This document shows, one piece after another, positions 30,256 to 38,762 of a stretch of DNA of 64,000 nt; the stretch's first letter is position 1; every line of letters begins with the position of its first letter. A program made the position numbers and the translations under genes. The stretch spans positions 3,456,001 to 3,520,000 of the forward strand of contig OZ255836.1 in assembly GCA_965277715.1 (NCBI GenBank), in the 5' to 3' direction. Source of the DNA: Gammaproteobacteria bacterium (lineage in GTDB: Bacteria; Pseudomonadota; Gammaproteobacteria; JBCCGL01). Below the pieces are notes generated by a model. The model was not told where the DNA came from, did not search any database, and saw only the letters and a program-made list of their open reading frames with translations.

Positions 30256-30459
30256 CTAGCTAGACGTGTCCGTGTCAAAACCACCACCATCGAGGCCCGG
30301 CCCAGGCGGCATATTTTGGACTAATGCTGTAATATCGCCAAAACAGCTAAATTCGGGTTTGGTATATTTTTTCAGGCAGGCGTCTGTTCTCTCTTGCGTA
30401 TCGTGGTTATCTAATACAGAGGGAGGGTGTAACATAGCAGGATCTCCAGTTTCGGGCAT
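30256..30459 (-). CDS. Putative lasso peptide precursor (A)
   Basis: Leader KKYTKPEFSCFGDITALVQ (Y-17, P-14, G-8) then core NMPPGPGLDGGGFDTDTSS with Asp9; alternative start at 30435 has a GGAG RBS. Confidence 0.78.
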   Translation of the reverse strand: MPETGDPAMLHPPSVLDNHDTQERTDACLKKYTKPEFSCFGDITALVQNMPPGPGLDGGGFDTDTSS

Positions 30460-30645
30460 ATTAATTAACCTGGTGGAAAATACACCTAGGTTAGCGTTTA
30501 GGGGTTTATAACCGCTTCAAACGGTTTGAAATGCAGTGATGTATATCTTCGTTCATTGATTGGAATGCCATTATATTTACACTATGTGTTAGCAGATTCT
30601 GTGCCATCTGGCGTGTACCAAACCATAATGACAATGAAGTGGGAA

Positions 30646-30840
30646 AGTCATTTGCCCGGAGCCAGCCACGCCGAGATATTCTCTTCAAGGTTCGCCAATG
30701 CCCTCCAGGTATCGGTGCCGACCTGATTTAGCCTGTAATATTGTTCGTTATTTAACATTCAACAGTACCGATTTCCCGTCCGGCGTTTGAAATAAAACAC
30801 GCGTCGATAAAGCAATGTTTGAGGGTGGTAAATTAGGCTT
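30646..30840 (-). pseudogene. Frameshifted PqqD/RRE (lasso B1) remnant
   Basis: PSNIALSTRVLFQTPDGKSVLLN, a +1 base at 30756, then LNNEQYYRLNQVGTDTW; aligns with the intact gene at 34371; no ATG start and an early stop. Confidence 0.8.
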
Positions 30841-30906
30841 AAGAGCTTGCTCTATCTTCTCTTCACGCTACGAAAACGCTACACTACTGCCAACATGTTT
30901 AATTCC

Positions 30907-31386
30907 ATGAAAAATTTATCGGCACGTCTGATCAAACCGACGGATCAACCCTTTTTATTTGAACTATTTACTGATGTGCGGGGGAAAGGCCTGGAAAACA
31001 CCTTGCTTTCCGACCACCAAAAACAAGCGTTTTTGCAATCCCAGTTTGATGCCATGCATACCAGCTACGCGGAGAATTTTCCTTCTGCTCAGCATCATAT
31101 TGTCAGCCGCAGCGGTAAAGACGTGGGCCGGATTTACACCAACGTTTCACATGATGAAATTCGCATCCTCGATATGATTATCCATGCCCAGGTGCGGGGG
31201 AGTGGTATTGGTAGTGAACTAATGCGCACAATGATTTACCACAGCAACGACAGCGACAAGGTTCTTCGCTTTTATGTCTGGGCAACCAACACCGAGGCGC
31301 AACGCTTCTATCACCATCATGGATGTGAAATGGTCAGGGATGATGGCGGTTATTTTTTATTCGAGAGAATTCCCGGCAAAAAATAA
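30907..31386 (+). CDS. GNAT acetyltransferase (tail-collar/DUF6916-associated type)
   Basis: DQPFLFELF...AFLQSQFDAMH..Y...VGRIY...EIRILD...RGSGIGS; start could also be 30895. Confidence 0.85.
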   Translation: MKNLSARLIKPTDQPFLFELFTDVRGKGLENTLLSDHQKQAFLQSQFDAMHTSYAENFPSAQHHIVSRSGKDVGRIYTNVSHDEIRILDMIIHAQVRGSGIGSELMRTMIYHSNDSDKVLRFYVWATNTEAQRFYHHHGCEMVRDDGGYFLFERIPGKK

Positions 31387-31559
31387 CCGTCCCCGGTTAA
31401 AATTTTTTGGTAACAAGCAACGGTAAGCAAAGGTGCTTATAACCCATTATATTTTTATACAGTAAAAGATTACGCCCATTGAGGGTTAGTGAATTGCTCC
31501 GCTCCCTTCCCATGCCACTCGCTCTTATATGGCTTATGCGCCAGGTCAAACCAGCTAGG

Positions 31560-32441
31560 TCAAACCAGCCGGGTCAGCCAATCCACCACCGCCCGGATTT
31601 CGGGTTCGTTGATGCGCTTGTTATCTACTTCGATATAGTAGGAAAAATCCGCCTTTTTCCGGGCTTTGAGGGGCGCGATTAACTGGCCACTGGATAATAG
31701 ATCACCTATTAGAGCACTGCGCCCTAATGCCACGCCTAACCCATTAATGGCTGCGTGCATGACGCTGATTGAGTCGCGAAACTCAAATCCGGGAATGACT
31801 TCCAGGTCGATATCCCCCAACCATTGTTTCCAACCCAACCAGGGCTGGCTGCGGCGCCCATCGATATCGTGGATCAAAGTGAATTGTTTGATATCGGCGA
31901 TGGAATTGAGGCTGTCCTGATTGAGTAGTTTGGGGCTGCATACCGGAAACACCTCCTCGTCCATCAGAAACCGGCAGTAATATTTACTGCTCTTGCCGTC
32001 GAAATAACGGATTTTAAGGTCGATGTCCTCGGTAATGAATTCCAGGTTGGGGCTAGTGTGTAGCGAGAGGTGTAGGTCTGGAAACTGTGATGAAAAATTT
32101 TCCAGATTGGGAATCAACCAATGGACTGCCATCGCTGGCAGCACACCCACAGTGACACTACCTTGCAAGTGCTCGCTGCGAATCCTGCTAGTGGCGTTGG
32201 CGATTTGCTCCAGACTGCTGGACAGTTCGGGCAGAAACATACGCCCTGCACTGGTTAGTTTCAGGCCGTTGGCGAAGCGGACAAATAACTTAGTTTGCAG
32301 ATGGTTTTCCAGGAGTGACACCTGCTGGCTGATCGCCGTCGGCGTGACACACAACTCTCTTGAGGCTTTGGCATAGCTCTCGTGCCGGGCGGCTGCTTCA
32401 AATGCGCGTATCGCGGTTAGTGGGGGGAGTTTTCTGGCCAT
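31560..32441 (-). CDS. GcvA-like LysR regulator
   Basis: MARKLPPLTAIRAFEAAARHES...VTPTAISQQV. Confidence 0.92.
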   Translation of the reverse strand: MARKLPPLTAIRAFEAAARHESYAKASRELCVTPTAISQQVSLLENHLQTKLFVRFANGLKLTSAGRMFLPELSSSLEQIANATSRIRSEHLQGSVTVGVLPAMAVHWLIPNLENFSSQFPDLHLSLHTSPNLEFITEDIDLKIRYFDGKSSKYYCRFLMDEEVFPVCSPKLLNQDSLNSIADIKQFTLIHDIDGRRSQPWLGWKQWLGDIDLEVIPGFEFRDSISVMHAAINGLGVALGRSALIGDLLSSGQLIAPLKARKKADFSYYIEVDNKRINEPEIRAVVDWLTRLV

Positions 32442-32741
32442 CGGCGTAACGTTTATTCAGAATAAGTAAAATTTGCTCTTAGATAAATATTAGCCTAATA
32501 CTAAATTGGCCTCATGTTGGTTGAAACAAATCCATCAAGCATTAGTAATTATTACCCTCTAGATAATATATTCATAATTGATACTTTTCCTGGAGTTTAC
32601 GATAATTGGTTAGTAGAGTCGAAAAAAAACCCGACAAAAATAAACTGAAATAATTTAGATTAAAACAGGCACCGGGAAGAACCCCGGTTTAAAAATATTT
32701 GAATTATCACTGTCACTCACACCACTAGGGGGTACATTCTG

Positions 32742-34088
32742 ATGGATGGCATAAACAATATTATTAACCAACTAAACGCATTCGCGTGGGGGCCACCCAT
32801 GCTATTGCTGCTGGGGCTTACCGGGGTTTTCCTGACGGTGGGCACCCTGTTTGTCTCCTGGCGCAAAATTGGCTATGCATTCAAACTGTTATTCGATAAG
32901 TCGTCATCCGAGGGCGAAGGCGAGGTAAAACCGTTTAACGCCCTAATGACAGCGCTGTCGGCCACTGTGGGCACGGGCAATATTGCCGGGGTCGCAACCG
33001 CCATCGCGCTGGGTGGGCCTGGGGCAATCTTCTATATGTGGCTGATTGCGCTGTTTGGCATGGCGACAAAATATGCAGAGGCGGTCTGTGCTGTTTCCTA
33101 TCGAGAGACCGATGAGAACAACAACTACGTCGGTGGCCCGATGTACTACCTGAAAAACGGTGTCGGTGAACGATTTCCCACCTTTGGCCTGGTGCTTGGT
33201 TACGCCTTTGCCATTTTTGGTGCAGTGGCAGCGTTTGGTATCGGCAATGCAGTGCAGGTCAATTCGATGGCCGATGCGCTGAGCACTAACTTTAATTTAC
33301 CGACCTGGATTACCGGTGTTGTTGTAGCGGTATTGGTCGGCTTTGTTATCCTCGGCGGTATTCGCCGTATCGGTGATGTCGCCGGTAAACTGGTGCCGAC
33401 GATGATTGTACTTTACATCGGCGCCGGTCTATTGGTGCTGGCAATCAATATTGACAAGGTGCCAGCCGCTATCGGTTTGATTTTCCACCACGCATTCAAC
33501 CCCGTTGCTGCCAGTGGTGGGTTTGCTGGTGCGGCTGTTGCCGCCGCTATTCGCTTCGGTGTTGCACGCGGGGTATTTTCCAACGAATCCGGGTTGGGTT
33601 CTGCGGCAATCGCCCATGCGGCCGCGAAAACCAATAACCCAGTCCGACAGGGCCTGATCGCTATGCTCGGAACGCTGATTGATACCTTGATTGTTTGTAC
33701 CATCACCGCGCTCTGTATTCTCACTTCGGGCGAATGGCTTTCCGGCGTATCTGGCGCATCGTTAACGTCTAATGCATTTGGCGCGACCTTCGCCGGAGGC
33801 AACTATGTCGTCTCCATCGCCCTGGTAGTGTTTGCATTTACGACGATTCTCGGTTGGAGTTATTACGGCGAGCGCTGCTGGCAGTTCCTTTTCAAAGAGC
33901 GATCAGTAATGATTTACCGTATGTTATGGGTACTGGCTGCGGTTTTTTTCGCCAATCAAAAGGTCGATTTTGTATGGAATTTATCCGATACACTCAACGG
34001 CCTGATGGCGATACCGAATTTGATCGGGCTGTTAATCCTGTCACCGCTCATTTTCAAAATCACTAAAGAGTACTTCGCAAAACACTAA
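32742..34088 (+). CDS. Alanine/glycine:cation symporter (AgcS/AlsT)
   Basis: ATVGTGNIAGVA, GGPMYY, RGVFSNESGLGSA, WSYYGE. Confidence 0.95.
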   Translation: MDGINNIINQLNAFAWGPPMLLLLGLTGVFLTVGTLFVSWRKIGYAFKLLFDKSSSEGEGEVKPFNALMTALSATVGTGNIAGVATAIALGGPGAIFYMWLIALFGMATKYAEAVCAVSYRETDENNNYVGGPMYYLKNGVGERFPTFGLVLGYAFAIFGAVAAFGIGNAVQVNSMADALSTNFNLPTWITGVVVAVLVGFVILGGIRRIGDVAGKLVPTMIVLYIGAGLLVLAINIDKVPAAIGLIFHHAFNPVAASGGFAGAAVAAAIRFGVARGVFSNESGLGSAAIAHAAAKTNNPVRQGLIAMLGTLIDTLIVCTITALCILTSGEWLSGVSGASLTSNAFGATFAGGNYVVSIALVVFAFTTILGWSYYGERCWQFLFKERSVMIYRMLWVLAAVFFANQKVDFVWNLSDTLNGLMAIPNLIGLLILSPLIFKITKEYFAKH

Positions 34089-34126
34089 CCTGCGTATGCA
34101 AATATAGATTTAACCTCCTCCTTTAG

Positions 34127-34158
34127 CGCACCACCACTGTTGGTGGTGCGTTTTTTTT
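34127..34158 (+). terminator. Rho-independent terminator
   Basis: CGCACCACCA-ctgt-TGGTGGTGCG followed by T8. Confidence 0.88.
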
Positions 34159-34370
34159 GGATCTAACGACCCTTACCTTTTCCCCCTTCCTCATTCACCC
34201 CCTGTTAGGTGAAGTGGCTTTACTTTATTTATAGGTTGTAATTCCCTGGATTATTCCTCTCTTAAGCTCGCCAAAAAGAGTGTGAGCGACTACAATCACA
34301 CTATCGAACATAGGGGCAATATAGTGCCTATGCCTCTTGAATAGAAGACACAGCAGTTATTGGTTTACAT

Positions 34371-34649
34371 ATGAATATTTCTTTACCTTCAAAAATTGTT
34401 TTATCGCCGGACGTTTTGTTTCAGGAACTGGAGGGCGAGTCGGTATTGTTGAATCTGGCCAATGAGCAGTATTATGGATTAAACCAGGTTGGCACCGATA
34501 TCTGGGAGGTTCTGGTTGAAGAAAAAGGCGATGTGGGAACTGCCATTAAACGTTTGTTGGCTGTATATGATGTCACTGAAGATATGCTACGACAAGATAT
34601 GGACGCGCTGTTTACCCAATGGAAAAAAGCGGAAATAGTTTCTATATAA
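34371..34649 (+). CDS. PqqD-family RiPP recognition element (lasso B1-like)
   Basis: 92 aa; VLFQELEGESVLLNL..EQYYGLNQVGTDIW...YDVTEDMLRQD. Confidence 0.88.
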   Translation: MNISLPSKIVLSPDVLFQELEGESVLLNLANEQYYGLNQVGTDIWEVLVEEKGDVGTAIKRLLAVYDVTEDMLRQDMDALFTQWKKAEIVSI

Positions 34650-34689
34650 ACCTTATCGGTTTTAAGTTTAATACCATATTTTCTGTGCA

Positions 34690-34969
34690 CGATTGTGGCT
34701 CAAAATCAGCCTCGCTCTGGTAATTGAGAACGATCTTTAGTTTATCTGCGCTTAATCTGGCGCAAATGACATAAAACATGTAATTTAGGGCAAATATGCC
34801 AGAGCCCATCCACATTGCCACTCTCTGTTTTGACCGGGCTAAGCTGTTCTACATCAGTATGATTAGCCAGGAATGTGGGCTCGGTAGTGAAGAAAAAATG
34901 CGCCGGGCTTTTATTCGGCATGTTGGTGTAACCGTGAAAGAATACCGGCAAGGTTTCAAAAATATTTGA
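34690..34969 (+). pseudogene. GlxA/AraC regulator C-terminal remnant
   Basis: ISQECGLGSEEKMRRAFIRHVGVTVKEYRQGF (34859-34969), with degraded sequence upstream. Confidence 0.65.
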
Positions 34970-35109
34970 TTGTGGTGGTGTCCTGATAGATCGTATTCGT
35001 TTTTTTCTGGCTAAATTTAAAAAGCTGTCCTTGCATAGAATGGTTTTATATCAATAAAAGATCAGCATTTGATACCTCTAGAATAAATTGCATCTGGTGA
35101 TAAATTAAA

Positions 35110-36201
35110 ATGAAAATCACAACACTTAAAACCACCCTGGTCGATGTGCCATTGGCAAACCCTATCGCGACAGCTATACACGCTATGCGCAGCGTGGGCT
35201 GTGTGCTGGTGGAACTGGAGACAGACGAGGGGATTACCGGTGAGAGCTATGTTTTTACATTGAATGGTGCCCGGCTGTCTGCGTTGCACGAAATGGTACT
35301 TGGCTTTACACACCAGGTTGAAGGGCGCGATCCGCATTTTGTCGCGCAGATTGGCCAGGCGATGTGGGATGAAATGAACCCGATCGGTCACGCAGGTTTT
35401 TCCATCGCTGCGCTGTCGGCCATTGATACCGCCTGCTGGGACATTATAGGCAAAGCAGCTAATCAGCCGTTGCACAAGCTCTTTGGCGCCTGCCGCGATA
35501 AAGTCAAAACTTACGCCAGTGGTGGCTTGTGGTTGTCGCAGTCGATCGACGACTGTGTGCGCCAGGCGGGTGAGTTTATTGATGCCGGTTTTCGCTCGAT
35601 GAAAATACGCCTCGGCAGCGCAAACAGTGCCGATGATGTCGAGCGTGTCCGGGCGATTCGCGCCGCATGTGGCCCCGATATTGAGTTATTGACCGATGCC
35701 AATCAGGGTTTATCCACCAAGCGGGCGATTGGCTTGGCACGCCAACTGGAGGCGTTTGATATAGCCTGGTTGGAGGAGCCGGTTGTCTACCAAAATCTCA
35801 GTGGTCATGCCGAGGTACGCCGGGCGACGAATATCCCTATCGCCAGTGGTGAAACAGAGTACACCTATTTAGGTATGCACAAAATGTTGGAGGCGGGCGC
35901 GGCGGATGTAGTGATGCCAGACTTGCAACGCGTGGGTGGGTTGACCGGGTTGCGGCGCGCTGCCACGCTCGCGGCGGCGTATCACGTGCCGGTTTCGACA
36001 CATGTTTTTACCGAGCAAAGTATTTGTGTGGCGGCGTCAGAACCAAATTATATTTCGGTTGAGCATATGCCGTGGTTTTGTACGTTATTCAATGAACCGC
36101 TGGAGGTGGATGAGGGTTTTTTACGCGTGCCTGATCGCCCTGGCATTGGGTTTACATTCGATCAACGGGCGGTTAAGAAATTCAAGCTAACTCAGCTATA
36201 A
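35110..36201 (+). CDS. Mandelate racemase/muconate lactonizing enzyme family protein
   Basis: YASGG, KIR, DANQ, WLEEP, SGE and VSTH enolase-superfamily motifs. Confidence 0.92.
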   Translation: MKITTLKTTLVDVPLANPIATAIHAMRSVGCVLVELETDEGITGESYVFTLNGARLSALHEMVLGFTHQVEGRDPHFVAQIGQAMWDEMNPIGHAGFSIAALSAIDTACWDIIGKAANQPLHKLFGACRDKVKTYASGGLWLSQSIDDCVRQAGEFIDAGFRSMKIRLGSANSADDVERVRAIRAACGPDIELLTDANQGLSTKRAIGLARQLEAFDIAWLEEPVVYQNLSGHAEVRRATNIPIASGETEYTYLGMHKMLEAGAADVVMPDLQRVGGLTGLRRAATLAAAYHVPVSTHVFTEQSICVAASEPNYISVEHMPWFCTLFNEPLEVDEGFLRVPDRPGIGFTFDQRAVKKFKLTQL

Positions 36202-36250
36202 GGTAAATTAATACATTTACGAATCCTGGTGTTTATTTCGTGCACGTTTC
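36186..36250 (+). repeat. Partial family A repeat (3' half)
   Basis: ACTCAGCTATAAGG...TTTATTTCGTGCACGTTTC matches 8814-8872 and 62839-62900; supplies the stop codon of the upstream gene. Confidence 0.75.
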
Positions 36251-36254
36251 TGAT

Positions 36255-36365
36255 ATGTATTAACTTGCAACTAATTGTTCCAGAGCGCTTTTTTCTGGAA
36301 CAATTATTGGCTAATACGTCAGACATCTTGTATTGACTTATGGGCAAGTTAATACATGGGGTCTA
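36255..36365 (+). repeat. Family B ~110-bp MITE-like element
   Basis: Inverted copy at 42130-42241; two internal hairpins; ends ATGTATTAACTTGC ... GCAAGTTAATACAT. Confidence 0.85.
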
Positions 36366-36568
36366 ATGACGGTTGGAGTGATTTAACACAGATTCGACCA
36401 ATACCAGAAATCGATGCTGATCGACTGCATCGCTACCGTACCGAAAGGCTTAAACCGGCAATGTGTAGGCACGCTGTCGATCTGTGTGCAGTGCTCAGCT
36501 CGGTTAGTCTACGCGATACCATAAATTACCGTAACTATGCGCGGTGTTTTGTTCAACGCGCAAGGTAA
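36366..36568 (+). pseudogene. N-terminal fragment of an M24 (Xaa-Pro peptidase/DddP-like) protein
   Basis: IDADRLHRYRTERLKPAM...VSLRDTINYRNY resembles the M24B N-terminal domain; truncated. Confidence 0.5.
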
Positions 36569-36576
36569 AAAGCCGC

Positions 36577-37101
36577 CTAAGCTACCTTGGTTGTCGCTGT
36601 TGTAAATTCAAGGTTTTTCAGGGTTTTTGCGCAGGCGATAGCCGCCTCGACACCTTTGATTTTGAAGTGCTCGAAAAAGAAATTCTCATGGATTGGGGTT
36701 TCCTGAAAATGGTGGGGCGTCAATACCACGGACAATATCGGTATTTCAAGTTTAAGCTGCACTTTCATCATGGCATCCAGTACGGTGCTGGCGACAAGAT
36801 CGTGCCGGTAAATACCGCCATCGACGATAAGGCCGGCCGCTACGATAATCGCATATTGCCCGGTTTTGGCCAGCAGTTTGGATTGCAGAGGAATTTCCAG
36901 GCTGCCAGGCACAACAAAGAAATCTATTTGGGTTTCGGTGATGCCCAAATTTTTACATTCGCCGATAAAAGATAAGCGCGCCTGGTCGACGATCTCACTG
37001 TGCCAGTCGGCCTGAATAAAGGCGATGCGCTTGCCGCTTTCCAGCAGGCGAAAGCCTTCGTAGTTTTTGACGTTGATACGCGTGGTAATGGTCTGATCCA
37101 T
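36577..37101 (-). CDS. ribH: 6,7-dimethyl-8-ribityllumazine synthase, RibH2 type
   Basis: IAFIQADWHSEIV, VPGSLEIP, DGGIYRHDLVA, VLTPHHF; AGAGG RBS. Confidence 0.92.
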   Translation of the reverse strand: MDQTITTRINVKNYEGFRLLESGKRIAFIQADWHSEIVDQARLSFIGECKNLGITETQIDFFVVPGSLEIPLQSKLLAKTGQYAIIVAAGLIVDGGIYRHDLVASTVLDAMMKVQLKLEIPILSVVLTPHHFQETPIHENFFFEHFKIKGVEAAIACAKTLKNLEFTTATTKVA

Positions 37102-37229
37102 GTAACACCTCTTTGCTCGATACAGAGGGCATCGGAAACGTTGTGAACGCAGTAGTTTTCGACACCCTTTACAGGGATCAGGGCGACGGGAGCGCACTAT
37201 TGCAGCCAGGCTGAAACAGGTATTTACTG

Positions 37230-37396
<167 letters not shown>

Positions 37397-37575
37397 GTTA
37401 ATTACTATTGGATAGCAAGTAACCCGGGTAGAGTATAAATCGTAATACGCCGTTTGGTAATACTGTTATTTATTATTTTACCGTTTAATTTGAAAAGCAC
37501 TGGAATGGCGCCAAACTTGTGCTATAGCAAGTGGTGGCAAATGGTTGGTGCAGACGATTTAAGGTGAGTTAAGCC

Positions 37576-37623
37576 CTAGACCCCATGTATTGACTTGTGT
37601 GCAAGTCAATACATGGGGCCTGG
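37576..37623. repeat. Family B palindrome
   Basis: CTAGACCCCATGTATTGACTTG-TGTG-CAAGTCAATACATGGGGCCTGG. Confidence 0.85.
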
Positions 37624-37665
37624 ATCGGTGTGTTTTTCTTTGGTTATAACAATAGGGTTAATATA

Positions 37666-38241
37666 ATGATAAAAGAGTGTATATGGCAGTGTATGGATGC
37701 GTTGGGCCTGGAGCATCTGCGTTTGACGCAAAGTGCGGATAATATTATTGCAGAAAGTGTGGTTATGGGGGTTACCAGCGACACCCCATTTCATACACAC
37801 TACCGCATTTGTTGTGATTTGGCCTGGCGGGTGCTGGAGGTTGACGCAAGCCCGCTTTATCCTGGTGGTAAAGCATTCAGCTTGCGGGCCGACGGTCAAG
37901 GGCACTGGTCGAACCGCATGGGAAAACCTATTCCTGAGCTCAATGGCTGCCTGGATGTTGATATTTCGATAACACCGTTTACCAATACCCTGCCTATTCG
38001 CCGGTTGAAACTACAACCTGTTGAATATGAAGATATCACCGTTGTGCATATTGCGTTACATACACAAGCAATACGCCTGGTACGCCAACGCTATACCTGC
38101 CTGCAGAGTCCCGTTGGCGATGAGCAGGGGATGTACCAGTATCAGAACTTTAGCTATAAATATACTAGCTACCTGTCGGTGGATGCAGACGGTTTGGTCT
38201 GTGATTACCCGGAAGTGTATAAACGTGTGTGGCCGGATTGA
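37666..38241 (+). CDS. Putative glycolipid-binding domain protein
   Basis: GLEHLRL, GCLDVDISITPFTNTLPIRRL, QRYTCL, VDADGLVCDYP. Confidence 0.85.
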   Translation: MIKECIWQCMDALGLEHLRLTQSADNIIAESVVMGVTSDTPFHTHYRICCDLAWRVLEVDASPLYPGGKAFSLRADGQGHWSNRMGKPIPELNGCLDVDISITPFTNTLPIRRLKLQPVEYEDITVVHIALHTQAIRLVRQRYTCLQSPVGDEQGMYQYQNFSYKYTSYLSVDADGLVCDYPEVYKRVWPD

Positions 38242-38294
38242 TTGGCCAGATCGGTTGGCCAGAACGATTAACCAGGTCAGTTAGTTTGGCTGGT

Positions 38295-38340
38295 GTTTGT
38301 CAACTATATTTCGATATTACTAGAAATACAGTTGACAAAC
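38295..38340. promoter_or_regulatory. Probable ArsR operator 1
   Basis: Palindrome GTTTGTCAACT-ATATTTC...GAAATAC-AGTTGACAAAC upstream of arsR; core repeated at 38723. Confidence 0.65.
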
Positions 38341-38367
38341 TGATACCTGAATATTAACCTACCCAAT

Positions 38368-38700
38368 ATGACGCTTGATGTAACCAAAACTGCGGGCCTG
38401 CTACAACAGATGGGCAATAGTACCCGGCTTGAAATCGTGCGGTTGTTGGTGCGCGCTGGGCCAGCGGGTATGCCCGTCGGGGATATTCAAACACACCTGG
38501 CGATCCCTGCGTCGACCTTATCACACCACATCGCCAAGCTGTGTGGTGTGGGTCTGGTGAGACAATCGCGTGAGTCAACAACGCTTTATTGTTGCGTTGA
38601 CTACAGTGTGATCGATGGGCTCATTGCCTTTCTCTCAGATGAGTGTTGTATAGGGAATACCATCAATGCCAGTAGGGCATCGGAAAGTGTTGCCAGTTAG
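38368..38700 (+). CDS. arsR: ArsR/SmtB regulator with C-terminal Cys pair
   Basis: RLEIVRLLVRAG..G...IPASTLSHH...FLSDECC. Confidence 0.88.
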   Translation: MTLDVTKTAGLLQQMGNSTRLEIVRLLVRAGPAGMPVGDIQTHLAIPASTLSHHIAKLCGVGLVRQSRESTTLYCCVDYSVIDGLIAFLSDECCIGNTINASRASESVAS

Positions 38701-38722
38701 GGGTTGGTTTTTTTTGTTTTAT

Positions 38723-38744
38723 TATTTCGATAAATCCAGAAATA
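38723..38744. promoter_or_regulatory. Probable ArsR operator 2
   Basis: TATTTCGATAAATCCAGAAATA versus TATTTCGATATTACTAGAAATA at 38307. Confidence 0.6.
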
Positions 38745-38762
38745 TAGAATTAAAGAGGTATT

